Part shown: positions 24,960-36,930 of the stretch, in pieces
How the letters are laid out: every line of letters starts with the position of its first letter
How positions within the stretch are numbered: position 1 is the stretch's first letter
NCBI RefSeq assembly: GCF_006345805.1
Contig: NW_021829900.1
Location: 1-36,930 of the forward strand
Length of the DNA: 36,930 bases
DNA from: Octopus sinensis
Taxonomy: Eukaryota
Direction: 5' to 3'
Position numbers and translations under genes: made by a program
Notes under the pieces: generated by a model
The model's input: the letters and a program-made list of their open reading frames with translations, nothing else
Told to the model about the DNA's origin: nothing
Databases searched by the model: none

Positions 24960-26241
24960 ATCTATCTATCTATCTATCTATCTATCTATTCACCTGTCTG
25001 TCTGTCTGTCAGTCTGTCTGTCTGTCTGTCTGTCTCTGTCTGTCTATCTGTCTATCTATCCATCTACCTATCTATTTATCTACCTATTTACCTGTTTATC
25101 TATCTACCTACCTACCTACCTGCCAACCTGCTTGTCTACCTACATTCCTACCTACGTACATACATACATACATGTATACATACATACATACATACATATA
25201 TACATACATACATACATACCTACCTACCTACCTACCTACATACATACCTACCTAACTACATACCTACCTACCTAGCTACATACATAATACTTACCTATCT
25301 ACCTAACTACCTACCTACTTACATACATACATATTTACCTACCTACCTACCTACCCTCATACATACATACTTACCTATCTACCTACCTACCTACATACAT
25401 ACATACATACATGCATACATATCTACCTACCTACCTACCAACCAACATACATACATATATACATATATACATACCTATCTACCTACATACATACCTACCT
25501 ACATACATACATGCATACATGCATACATACATACATGCATACATACATACATACCTGGGTACCTACCTACCTACCTACCTACCTACCTACCTACATACCT
25601 ACTATCTTCCTAACTATCTATCTAAAAAAATTTTGGCAAACTGTCTCCTTATCAATCTATTAGCACATCTTTCTCTCACCTTGTCTTCTTACCATCCTAA
25701 TTTTTTTTTTTTGCTTTTCAAACGAAAACATCTTCAGTAATGCATCAACAACAACAAAAACAAAAACAACAGCAACAGCAACAGCAGCAAAAATTCTTGC
25801 AGCTGAAGCAACAAAAGCTACATCAAAAAAAAAAAAAGAAACAACACAGCAACAAGAACAAGAACAACGATTTCAACAACATCCATTACACGACTACTCC
25901 AGACAGGACAAAAACCAACAGAGACGCATAAAGAAGGTCGTAAACTTACAAAACCATCAAATTAACAAAGATTCACAGACATAACACTGAAGAATGTCTT
26001 CGCAATCTTTAAACATAAACATTATCAACTCGTTCTTATTCATCTGATTTCTCTGTTTGTCTGTCTGTCCATCTGTCCGTCACTTTCACTTTCACATTCG
26101 CACTCCGTCTGTCTGTCTGCCTCTCTTCCGCTCACCCCCTCTGTATATGTACGTTAACATGTATCTATGCAAAGTTTGCAATGTAAGTATATATATATAT
26201 ACATACATACATACACACATGTATATATATATATGTAGGGA

Positions 26242-26250
<9 letters not shown>
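24651..26250 (+). repeat. Tandem segmental duplication, copy 2
   Basis: Nearly identical to 22951-24540; (TA)n tracts lie before, between and after the copies. Confidence 0.95.
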
Positions 26251-26309
<59 letters not shown>

Positions 26310-26513
26310 TATATTTATATATATTTATATTATATATACATTATATCAGTATTTATGCATTTGTATATATTTGTATGTAAATGCGTGCACACGTACACAT
26401 ACACACACACTCGTGTATATATATATACGCAGACATATATTCAAGCACATACACACACTCGCACCTGCATGTATCTCTAGCTGCACAAGTGCATGTATAT
26501 GCATGCAGTGTGA

Positions 26514-26576
<63 letters not shown>

Positions 26577-26644
26577 AATTTTTGTATGCAGGTGAGTATC
26601 TAAGTTTGATATATATGCATCGTACACACATATACGTAGATTCT

Positions 26645-26860
26645 TTTATTTTTTATCATTTACCGGTTTCAGTCATTGGACGACGGCCATTCTGTAGCAC
26701 CATCTTGAAAGGATTTAGAAAAACAAAGAATGTCCAGTACTTTTTTTAATGCCTATTACTTATTCTATCGTTTCATTTGCCCAACTGCTATTTTACGGGA
26801 ACACAAACATCACAAGAGCTACCAAACACATTGGTGGGAAACGAACACACACACACATGC
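26645..26860 (-). mobile_element. Degenerate SINE family A 3' half
   Basis: GTTTCAGTCATT...CGGCCAT...AGCACC and TTATTCTATCG..TCATTTGCC.AAC.GCTA.TTTACGGG match the family A tail in reverse. Confidence 0.55.
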
Positions 26861-26888
26861 ATACATAACATGTGTGTGTGTGTGTGTG

Positions 26889-26944
<56 letters not shown>

Positions 26945-26964
26945 CTATGCATATATATATATAA

Positions 26965-27038
<74 letters not shown>

Positions 27039-27296
27039 TATATGTATATATATGTATATATATATATACATCTAATATAGGATGAAAAATTTCGAAAAAA
27101 TTTCTATCAATGCCCAGCATTTAAAAAAATATCGTTAAAGGTTAAATTTATAAACAACTTATAAACAAGGGCAAAAGAAAAAAATTTCTAATGCCAAATA
27201 TGCCGAAAATAGACACTTCGTCAATAACCATATAATTTATCACTATAAGTACGTGTTTCGAAGAAAGCGGACAGAAATTTCTAAAAAATTCCGTTA

Positions 27297-27357
27297 TTAC
27301 CATATCGCACCCGATTTCAGAGTTAATTCATAAGAACCTTATCTTCATCAGTGATAA
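27297..27357 (-). ncRNA. Type I hammerhead ribozyme with canonical core
   Basis: Minus strand: TTATCA CTGATGA AGA[TAAG GTT CTTA TGAATTAAC]TCT GAA ATCG GGTG CGAT A TGGTAA. Stem I 6 bp (one G.U), stem II closed by A-U, stem III 4 bp with a 4-nt loop, AUA triplet. Confidence 0.8.
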
Positions 27358-27418
27358 ATGCGGCACTCTCTCACTCTGTGAGTATTTTCAGTTCGAACCG
27401 TACGTGTCTTGTTTCAGA

Positions 27419-27760
27419 GGTGAAAGCGCATGGTTCAGTGATAATAGCTTCTAGCTTACAACCATGAGGTAATGAATTAGATTCCCGGACCGGGCTCTGT
27501 GTTGTGTTCATGAGCAAGGCACTTCGTTTCCCGTTGCTCCAGTTCACTCAGCTGTAGAAATGGGTTGCGACGTCTCTGTATCGGTCTTTGCCTTCCCCTT
27601 GGATAACATCGGTGGATTGGAGAGAGAAGGCTGGTTATACATGGCCAACTGCTGGTCAAAAACAAACCCAACCTTGTTCAGACTTGTTCATCGGAGGGGA
27701 ACATTCTAAGTGTAATTACCCATGGCCGTTCAAGACCGAAGGGGGTCCTTACACTTTACC
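27419..27760 (+). mobile_element. SINE family C-related (longer tail), diverged
   Basis: Head GCGCATGGTTCAGTG...AGATTCCCGGACCGG, CORE-like TTCATGAGCAAGGCACTTCGTTTCCCGTTGCTCCAGTTCACTCAGCTGTAGAAATG. Confidence 0.7.
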
Positions 27761-27799
27761 TGTACCGTTTTTGAGTTTCTACCTGTCGACCACACACAG

Positions 27800-27985
27800 C
27801 CCCTCGAGAACCGGCGTTTATTTGCTTACGATCCCGTAATATTAGCAACTCAGAGCAAAAGACACCGATAGAATAAGACCCATACTTAAGAATATAACAT
27901 TTCTGAGGTCTATTTGTTAGAATAAAGAATTTCAGGGTGGTGCCCCTTCTGGCTGTTTCCAATAATTGAAACATGTAAAAGGTAG
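27800..27985 (+). mobile_element. Degenerate SINE family A 3' half
   Basis: GCAAAAGACACCGATAGAATAAG...GGTGGTGCCCC...TGAAACATGTAAAAG. Confidence 0.55.
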
Positions 27986-28507
27986 AATTTAAAAGAAATT
28001 TTGTTTCTAAGATCGTTGAGTGTATCTAGAAAGTGATTTGATTGTTACATTTTTGGCAGGACGAACGGCTCCGAAGAATTCTCTCGTTAAATAGATTAGA
28101 TTTGTTCAATGAAGTTGTCTTCATTGGCATACTTAACATATCGCCAAGTTTATCGCCAACCACCAGGTCACCTTTGCCTATATTTGAAGCAGGTCTCTAT
28201 TTTCAATGAAGCCGCATCGTGTTCTTCAGCAACACACTTCATTTCAATTTGCTTCAGTCCACTAAAATATGGATAACCAGCCCTGGGATGGGAAGAGCTG
28301 TGTCTGAAACATTCGTTGCAAACATTTTTGCAGTAGGAAAATTCTTCGAAAGAAATTTCACCGAATGTGAAAATACGTCAGAAAAAAAAATCGTGGACAA
28401 TTATGAGACGTATTGCTGTGTGTATGTTTTAAAATAAAAGAAAGCATGATAAAGAGGCTTTATAAAAGCAATAAATAGGCAAGTCTTTATTCAATGAGAA
28501 ACATTAA

Positions 28508-28880
28508 GGCGCAGGAGTGGCTGTGTGGTAAGTAGCTTGCTAACCAACCACATGGTCCCGGGTTCAGTCCCACTGCGTGGCATCTTGGGCAAGTGTCTTC
28601 TACTATAGCCCCGGACCGACCAATGCCTTGTGAGTGGATTTGGTAGACGGAAACTGAAAGAAGCCTGTCGTATATATGTATATATATGTGTGTGTTTGTG
28701 TTTGTCAACCGATGCTGGTGTGTTTATGTCCCCGTCACTTAGCGGTTCGGCAAAAGAGACCGATAGAATAAGTACTGGGCTTACAAAGAATAAGTCCCGG
28801 GGTCGATTTGCTCGACTAAAGGCGGTGCTCCAGCATGGCAGCAGTCAAATGACTGAAACAAGTAAGTAAAGTAAAGTAAA
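28508..28880 (+). mobile_element. SINE family A, near full length
   Basis: End-to-end similarity to 16123-16593 and 30523-30952. Confidence 0.9.
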
Positions 28881-29575
28881 TTAAATTAAAAGAAAAAAAA
28901 ACGTGATGAGGTTTAGGCGTATGCTGCGATGGAAATAGGGCAACCGACTTTGGGAGTCCTAGAACGTGAGACAGTAATTTAATAACCAGCTGATCTAGCA
29001 AGCGGGGCCTCATATCAGTGAGGGTGGGGTGGCGGTGCGCATTGATGCCGTCGAGAGGTAGGCCCCGAAACGGCGCGCATTCTCTCCTGATGACCCCATA
29101 CACTTGCTGGCTTCCGGCATGCGGAGTTCTGACTGGTAGCACTCGCATGTGCAGGTTGCTTACAAGACATTTTCATTCCAGTTTAAAGATAAATTCCTTC
29201 CCTTCTTTCCTTTATCTGTTGAAACAACTGAAAAAAAGGGAAAGGATCATAGGAGCAGTTCTTTCTTCCATGATTAAACATTACAAAAATTACGCAATCT
29301 AAAATGTCGAAGATGACGACGCCAAAGACGACGATTCGACCGGCGACGACGACGACGATGACTTCGTAAATTTTAGACAAACTTTGAAGTTCATCCGAAG
29401 TCAATTTGTTTCTGCAATTATCTTGGTTTCCATTTTATTTTATTGTTACAAAAATTCTTTGATAGAGATTTTGAATATATCTGTGTGTATGGATGTGAAT
29501 GTATGAACGTCAAAATGAGAGTGTCCGCGTAAGAGTGTGCGTATACATAACGATATATGGATACACACATGCATG

Positions 29576-29620
<45 letters not shown>

Positions 29621-30065
29621 CACCTATGTGTGCGTGTGTGTGTGTGTGTGTGTATGGTATTTGTCCATAGCCGCACAAAACTTTTGGAAAATGATTTACA
29701 ACCCTTTAATATGATGTAATCCAAGTGTCAAGACAAAACGAATGAGATGCTTGCATGTGCCAAAGAACTCTACATTCTGTAACCTTTTTCTAATGATGTG
29801 TGTGTGCGTGTGTACGTGTGCGTGTGTACGTGTACGTGTGTACGTGTGTGTGTGTGCGCGTGTGTGTTTCTCTGTCTGTGAGTGTATCTAAGACAAGAAG
29901 AATTTTCCTACATCTTCAATTGAAAGATTGTTGTTATTGTTTTTTTTAACTCTTTCTAATTAACGATGTTCCAGCCACAATGTCACACACACACACACAT
30001 ACACACATACACACACACACGTATATGTATGTGAATATGAATTCATATATATGCACACACACATA

Positions 30066-30098
<33 letters not shown>

Positions 30099-30180
30099 GC
30101 ATATATATATATACACATATATATATACACACACACACATATATATATATATTATATATATATTATATATATATATATAC

Positions 30181-30216
<36 letters not shown>

Positions 30217-30522
30217 TTTCGATGTTATGCAGTATATAGTTACGGCTCTTTAAATACTAATTTCAATGCTAGTAGGAGCTGGTTTTCACTTTCACCCGTC
30301 CAGGGGTCTATAAAATATCGCCACATATACCTATATACTGTCCATGCTCGTACTCTCCGATTGCCTTCTCGAATATGTGAAACCTCATAACTGAATTAAT
30401 ACGTATAGAGTGACGACTGACCAACACAATAACACCGCCACACTTGTCTACCTCTGTATACAAGTATACACACCACAAAATACCACATTGTTCTATGTAT
30501 CGGGTTGAGGAATAATTCAATA

Positions 30523-30952
30523 GGCATAGGAGTGGCTGTGTGGTAAGTAGCTTGCTTACCAACCACATGGTTCCGGGTTTAGTCCCACTGCATGGCACCT
30601 TAGGCAAGTGTCTTCTACTACAGTCTTGGGCTGACAAAAGCCTTGTGAGTAGATTTGGTAGATGGAAACTGAAAGAAGCCTATCGTATACATATATATAT
30701 ATGCGTGTGTTTGTGTGTGTGTATGTGTGTGTATATATCTTTGTGTGTCTGTGTTTGTCCCCCTCCCACTATCGCTTGACAACCGATGCTGGTGTGTTTA
30801 CGTCCCTGTCACTTAGCGGTTCGGCAAAAGAGACCGATAGAATAAGCACTAGGCTTACAAAGAATAAGTCCTGGGGTCGATTTGCTCGACTAAAGGCGGT
30901 GCTCCAGCATGGCCACAGTCAAATGACTGAAACAGGTAAAAGAGTAAAGAGT
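30523..30952 (+). mobile_element. SINE family A, full length, nested in the mariner left TIR
   Basis: End-to-end similarity to other family A copies. Confidence 0.9.
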
Positions 30953-31115
30953 AAGCGTTTTTTTTCTTTTTTGTTTCAAAATTTAAAAATCTACGCAGAA
31001 ATAAAACGCATTGGCAAAATGTTTCACGTTATTTAAAAGAGAACATTTTGCTCTACAAAATAGTGTGTTTCGATTTTTTAATTTTATTGATTTTTGTGTA
31101 TTTTAGATTATCAAA

Positions 31116-32137
31116 ATGGAATGTCAAGTGGGCAAAACAGCATTTTTGACACCATTTGCTTTTTGCATTTAATCGAAGCTGCTTGTGAGATTTGTGCTGC
31201 GTATGGAGAAAGAGCAACAGTTCAAATGCCTTCAACGCTTCAATGCTTCAAGTACCGCCCGCCGCTGGTTTGCGCGCTTCAGTTATGGGAATTTTGACCT
31301 CAAGGACGGATCACACACCGGTCGAACATTCGAGTTTGATGAAGAGTGATTGAATCAACTTCTTCGCGAGAATTTGCGGAGCAGGTAAAATATCTTAAAA
31401 GACTGGTGAACCACTTCACTCAATGGGAAAGGTTCAGAAACTTGGTCCTTGGGTGTCACATACGTTCAGTGAAAACAACAAAAATGAACGCTCCACAATC
31501 GCCGCCACTTTGCTCGGTCGACATCGCTGAACACATGGTCACAAACAACGTTTTCTTTACCGCATTGTCACTGGCGAGGAGAAATGGTGACTTTACGTCA
31601 GTCTGAAGCTGCGAGACGAATGGCTTAAACCTGACAAGCAAGCGACTTTGCGAGCAAAACAAGCAATTCGTCCCCGAAAGAACATGTTGTATTTATGATG
31701 AGAGTGAGAAATCATAATTAATTAAGAACTACTTCAGCGCAACCAAATATTCAATGCGAAGTACTGCGTCAAACAACTTCACCGACTCAATTCAACAAAA
31801 TTGACTGAGTAGGCGAAAGGGCGTTCTGCTGCAACACGACAACGTTCGTCTCCAAATCTCTAATATGACCAAAGCTGCGATTCAAGATTTCGAATGCGAA
31901 GTGCTGCCTCATCCTCCATACGCTCCAGATTTGGTGCCATCAGATTTTCATCTCTTTCGACCGCTTTCGAACGCTTTGCGCGGTGTATCATTCAATCCAG
32001 ACGTGGAATGGAGGGCTTGGTTGGACGAGTTCTTTGAGTCAAGACCGGGAGATTTCTATCGCCGCCGAGGCATCGAAAAACATATCGAACGATGGGAGAA
32101 AATCGTAAACAACAATGGAAAGTACATTATTGATTAA
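31116..32137 (+). pseudogene. Mariner (D34D) transposase pseudogene
   Basis: WVSH (cf. WVPH), RIVTGEEKW* (first catalytic D replaced by E), LQHDN, YAPDLVPSDFHLF with 34 residues between the second and third Asp, C-terminal RWEKIVNNNGKYIID*. Multiple stops and frameshifts. Confidence 0.93.
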
Positions 32138-32202
32138 ATTGTTGTAGTTATTTTTGTTGTTTAAAATAATTTGAAAAAAAACGTTCATGAATTATTCCTC
32201 AA

Positions 32203-32338
<136 letters not shown>

Positions 32339-32634
32339 GAGAAAAAAAAGTAAATAGAGAAATTGAAATATAGACGTCAGTTTATTCAAAGATAAACAAA
32401 TCAATATAATGTGAAATTCTTATCCCTACAGCCGTTTCCATGTCCAATTAGTTGAATTAGAAACATTTAATTAATTTTAATTAATTCAAAATTTTCATAT
32501 TGAAGCTGGTTAATTGGGTATTTCATCAGAGGAGAATTTCCAGAAAGAGGTTACATTCCAACGTGTTCGTCTATCCTTGGAACGCACACACACACACATG
32601 CGCGCGCACACACACACCACACACACACACACAC

Positions 32635-32685
<51 letters not shown>

Positions 32686-33049
32686 TTCAATAGTGTTCGT
32701 GTTTTAAACTCAGAAAGGCAAATCATAATTCGGTGGTGATTTCGCAATTCTGTTCTTGCTAGCCGATTGAACGAGGATATCGATCTCTCTCATTTGTTTA
32801 AAACTAGATTCTTCATTGTCCTTAGTTTATCAAATTCCAATGTATATGACAGTCGACGCATTGTCTGTTTGGTAGATCAATACGCAGCGATATCGATCAG
32901 AACCAGATATCGGTAAAATGTTCGAAAAACGTATGTTGTTTTTGTTGTTCTCGTGTAGTTCTAGGTAATTTTCAATTGTGTTGACTTATGATCAAAGCTT
33001 ACCAAATATGGCCACCACGTGTCATACGTATATGTGTGTATGTGTATGT

Positions 33050-33290
33050 GTCTTGTGTCTGTATTTGTCCACCAGTTAAGGGGACGTAAGGCCATCGACT
33101 CCACTTGGCAAACGGTGTTGATGTGTTTACTTCCCCGTAACTTAGCAGTTCGGCAAAATAGTGCGATAGAATACGTACCAGGCTTCAATAATAAGAAAAG
33201 TTCACGAGACTATTCGTTCGACGTAAATTCTTCAAGGTGATGCCCCAGCATGGCCAGAGTTAATGGGTGAAACAAATAAAAGGAAAAGAT
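33050..33290 (+). mobile_element. SINE family A 3' half, diverged
   Basis: GTGTTGATGTGTTTAC.TCCCCGTAACTTAGCAGTTCGGCAAAA...GATAGAATACGTACCAGGCTT...GCCCCAGCATGGCC...GAAACAAATAAAAG. Confidence 0.75.
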
Positions 33291-33399
33291 ACAAGATGAC
33301 TACATACATGCACACATACACGCATTCATACATACATAACACACACACATATACATACATACACGCAAATACACTCACACACACGCGCACATGTACATG

Positions 33400-34045
33400 A
33401 CACAATATGTATGTATGCATGTACGTATGTATGCATGTATATATGTATGTATTATGCAACTATGTATATGTGTATATATGTCTGTATGTATGGAACTATG
33501 TATGTATGTATGCATGTATGTATATATGCAACTACGTATATGTATATATATGTATTCATGTATGCAACTATGTATGTATGTATGCGTGCATGTATGTATG
33601 TATGTGTGAATGTATGTATGCATCTATGCAACTATGTATGTATGTACACTAATATGTATGTATATGTGTATGTATGTATGCGTGTATGTATGTATGTATG
33701 TATGTATGTATGTATGGATGTATGTGTGTATGTATGTATGTATGTATGTATGTATGTATGTATGTATGTATGTATGGATGTATGTATGTATGTATGCAAC
33801 TATGCATGCATGTATGTATGTATGCAACTATGTATGCATGTATGTATGTATGCAACTATGTATGCATGCATGTATGTATGTATGTATGCATGCATGCATG
33901 CATGTATGTATGTTTGTATGTATGTATGTATGTATGCAACTATGCATGCATGTATGTATGCAACTCTGCATGTATGTATGTATGTATGTATGTATGTATG
34001 TATGTAGGTATGTGTGTATGTATGCAGCTATGTATGCATGCATGC
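33400..34045. repeat. (TATG)n tetranucleotide microsatellite with recurring TGCAACTA interruptions
   Basis: Direct sequence. Confidence 0.95.
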
Positions 34046-34193
34046 ATATCTCTGCAGTCGTACTCGTCACCCCACCCGTTTCATAGTTCAACGTTCTTCA
34101 CGGCAAAAACCGAAACCAATTACAAGCTAAAAATATGAATGTAATTTACCCTCAACCCGAATCAGGTTAGACTATGATCTAAAACACTTCAAG

Positions 34194-34305
34194 AAGATGT
34201 GTGGCCTAGTGGTTAGGGTGATGCATTCACGATCGCAGGAAAACGGTTTCGATTCTTGGAACGAGACGTGTGTTGTGTTCTTGTCCAAAACCACTTCAAA
34301 TCATG
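34194..34305 (+). mobile_element. SINE family C head fragment
   Basis: A box TGGCCTAGTGGTTAGG, B-box-like GGTTTCGATTC, then TGTGTTCTTG.CCAAAACCACTTCA. Confidence 0.7.
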
Positions 34306-34429
34306 TTAACTATTTAAAAATTTTCAGAACGCTAAGTCATGATTTGAGGGCGATTTAGCTCGGCTGTAAACATGCAACCTTGTAACGAAATAGGGTCCCA
34401 TTCAAATATTATGATCTCGCTTGATTGGA

Positions 34430-34800
34430 TGGAAGCACTCCGTCGGTTACGACGACGAGGGTTCCGGTTGATCCGAATCAACGGAACAGCTTGCTCGTGA
34501 AATTAACGTGTAAGTGGCTGAGCACTCCACAGACACGTGTACCCTTAACGTAGTTCTCGGGGATATTCAGCGTGACACAGAGAATGACAAGGCCGGCCCT
34601 TTGAAATACAGGTACAACAGAAACAGGAAGTAAGAGTGAGAGAAAGTTGTGGGAAAAGAGTACAGCAGGGATCACCACCATCCCCTGCCGGAGCCTCGTG
34701 GAGCTTTTAGGTGTTTTCGCTCAATAAACACTCACAACGCCGGTCTGGGAATCGAAACCGCGATCCTATGACCGCGAGTCCGCTGCCCTAACCATTCGCC
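34430..34800 (-). mobile_element. tRNA-derived SINE, family D
   Basis: Minus strand begins with a tRNA-like head (TGGTTAGGGCAGCGGACTCGCGGTC...GGTTTCGATTCCCAGACC), followed by a ~300-nt body seen nowhere else in the window. Confidence 0.75.
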
Positions 34801-35527
34801 TGATTATACGCCATGAAAACCGAGTAACCGGCCTTATGCGTCCTAGATCTCGAGGCAGTACTTACTTGCTATGGCAACACCGTTTATCACCCCTTCTCTG
34901 AACCGTGTGAAGTTTCAGCATCCGAGCGATGTCTATAACATCAAACAATTAGACCATATTGTGGCACAAGAACCGTAAAGATAATGATGGGAATCCATCA
35001 TGTTTTATTTTAGCTTTTTTTTTGTTTTTGATTCCATAGAAAGCCAGATATTTCTAATAATTGAGTCATTTCCATAAATTAAACGAAAGCAATGATCGTT
35101 GTGGTTGACAACCAGTAAAAAAAAACGTTTGGGGACATCTCAATTGAAAATCCTTTTCATAAGTCATTTTCCCGCCTTCAAACATAATCCTCATACATCA
35201 CTCGTGTCTTGTATTAGATTATTTCATACAGACAACATCGTTGTGGAATCCATGGAAACGGAGCCTTTATGATTTAGGTGCTGTCAGTTCTTATTTGCTT
35301 CAATGGTAGATTATGGTTTTTCGCATTCTATCTCTTGTATATATACAAACTGCACATCAGCAAAAACATTCCTAGCAGTTGCGCTCGAGCTCAAAATCAC
35401 GAACAGACGTAAACAATCTTCGGGAGTGCATTCGTATATTTTCGCATGGACTGAAATCCCAGTTGACAGACCGTTCATATGGAACAAAGTGTTAAACACT
35501 AATGATATGAATATTAGTAGCAGCAAA

Positions 35528-36298
35528 GGCGGCGAGATGGCAGAGTCCTTAGGAAGCTGGGCGAAATGCTCAGCGGCATTTTGTCCGTTTTGCGTTCTCA
35601 GTTCAAATTCCACCGATGTCGACTTTCCCTTTCCTCCTTTTGGAGTCGATAAATTAAATACCAGTTACGCACTGGCGTCGATGTAATCGACTTAATCCGT
35701 TTGTCTGTCATTGTTTGTCCTCTCTACGCTTAGCCCCTTGTGGGCAGTAAAGAAATAAGAAACGTTAGTACGCCGGGCGAAATGCTTAGCGGTATTTCGT
35801 CTGCGTTACGTTGTGAGTTCAAATTCCGCCGAGGTCGACTTTGCCTTTCATCCTTTCGGGGTCGATAAATTAAGTACCAGTTACGCACTGGGGTCGATGT
35901 AATCGATTTAATACCTATGTCTGTCCTTGTTTGTCCCCTCTGTGTTTAGCCCCTTGTGGGTAATAAAGAAATAGGTATTTCATTTGCCGTTACGTTCTGA
36001 GTTCAAATTTCGCCGAGGTCGACTTTACCTTTCATCCTTTCGGGGTCGATTAAATAAGTACCAGTTACGCACTGGGATCGATATAATCGACTTAATCCGT
36101 TTCTCTGTCCTTGTTTGTCCTGTATGTGTTTAGCCCCTTGTGGGTAGTAAAGAAATAGGTATTTCGTCTGTCTTTACGTTCTGAGTTCCAATTCTGCCGA
36201 GGTTGACTTTGCCTTTCATCCTTTCAGAGTCGAGAAATTAAGTACCAGTTGCCCCTTCCCCCCAAATTTATGGCCTTGTGCCTAGAGTAGAAAAGAAT
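35528..36298 (+). mobile_element. Head-to-tail array of four SINE B units
   Basis: Units 35528-35759, 35760-35974, 35975-36159 and 36160-36298, each carrying the GACTTT.CCTTTC.TCCTTT..G.GTCGA domain. Only the first has a full head; the last has the alternative tail. Confidence 0.92.
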
Positions 36299-36352
36299 GT
36301 ATTCAAAAATGTATACAATAAATTAAAACAAATGTACTCTCTCATTCTCTAC

Positions 36353-36392
<40 letters not shown>

Positions 36393-36884
36393 ATATATAT
36401 ATATATATATGAATACAAACGTGAATATTACGTAATTTCCTTTATACAGGCATAGAGGTGCGCACATCTATATCCAAGTTTATTTTAAAACACAAGTAAT
36501 CTCTCACGGGGCCTTCCATATACACAGGTATGCATGTATTTATAGAGATATAGATCTCTTTGCACCGATAACCTGTTCAAAGACAATGCATAGACGTTCC
36601 AGTACATTTATAGGTGCAAAATATTTCCACATCAACACCCACATACAAACTATTTCTAGACATCTAGTTACAGAGACAGGTAAGTATACCTGCTCATATA
36701 TACACACGTATTCATGAATGTAAACACAAGTGAAACAGCGATAAATAATGATAATCAATGATATTCAACAATAGTAATCACTAACATACGATGATAGAGA
36801 ATAAAGGTGAGATGCATTGATCGACAACTCACAAGAAGGTGCTTGCTTTATTTAAAAAAAAATGAATTTATAATCTAAAAAATG

Positions 36885-36930
36885 GCGTCCGTGACTGTTA
36901 GGTAAGACGTTTGCTCTCCAACCACGTGGT
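36885..36930 (+). mobile_element. Start of a family A-like SINE head (cut by window edge)
   Basis: GGCGTCCGTGACTGTTAGGTAAGACGTTTGCTCTCCAACCACGTGGT resembles GGCTGTGTGGTAAG...TTGCTTACCAACCACATGGT. Confidence 0.55.

Noticed and set aside
28903-28993. Possible box C/D snoRNA (GTGATGA ... CTGA)
   Set aside because: No terminal stem and no antisense element I can match to rRNA or snRNA.
29060-29100. GAAAC ... CTGATGA arrangement resembling a type II hammerhead
   Set aside because: No stem III, no UH site and no stem II pairing.
32475-32535. Minus-strand CTGATGA ... GAAA ... TA hammerhead-like motif
   Set aside because: Stem I is absent and the remaining pairings are A/T-only in very AT-rich sequence.
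33375-34138. Long MYVC/HTYI-repeat ORFs (also 15173-15829, 23151-23903, 24795-25613)
   Set aside because: Tetranucleotide microsatellite translations.
34721-34800. tRNA gene
   Set aside because: The tRNA-like sequence is the head of a SINE and continues into its body; no complete acceptor stem is evident.

Overview
AT-rich eukaryotic non-coding DNA dominated by microsatellites and retroelements. The SINE families and repeat spectrum look like an octopus or other coleoid cephalopod genome (pattern recognition, not verified). I found no recognisable host protein-coding exon, and almost all ORFs in the track are translated microsatellites. Supported elements: (i) a near full-length Neptune-type Penelope-like retroelement (RT, Cys-rich linker, GIY-YIG; minus strand, ~2923-5491) joined head-to-head to an inverted, internally deleted copy (5492-6721); (ii) a second, different Penelope-like RT fragment; (iii) an R4/Dong-like LINE 3' end sitting in a (TAA)n tract; (iv) an RTE/Expander-like 3' end; (v) a 480-bp MITE with perfect 61-bp TIRs; (vi) a decayed D34D mariner with a SINE inside its left TIR; (vii) about 20 tRNA-derived SINE copies of at least four families, including a head-to-tail array of four; (viii) a 1.7-kb tandem duplication. 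The most notable signal is four type I hammerhead-ribozyme folds: two in the Neptune pLTRs, one in a 107-bp cassette between (TA)n tracts that shares their variant core and stem III, and one with a canonical core in an orphan segment at 27297-27357. All folds and alignments were done by eye; no database search or folding program was run.
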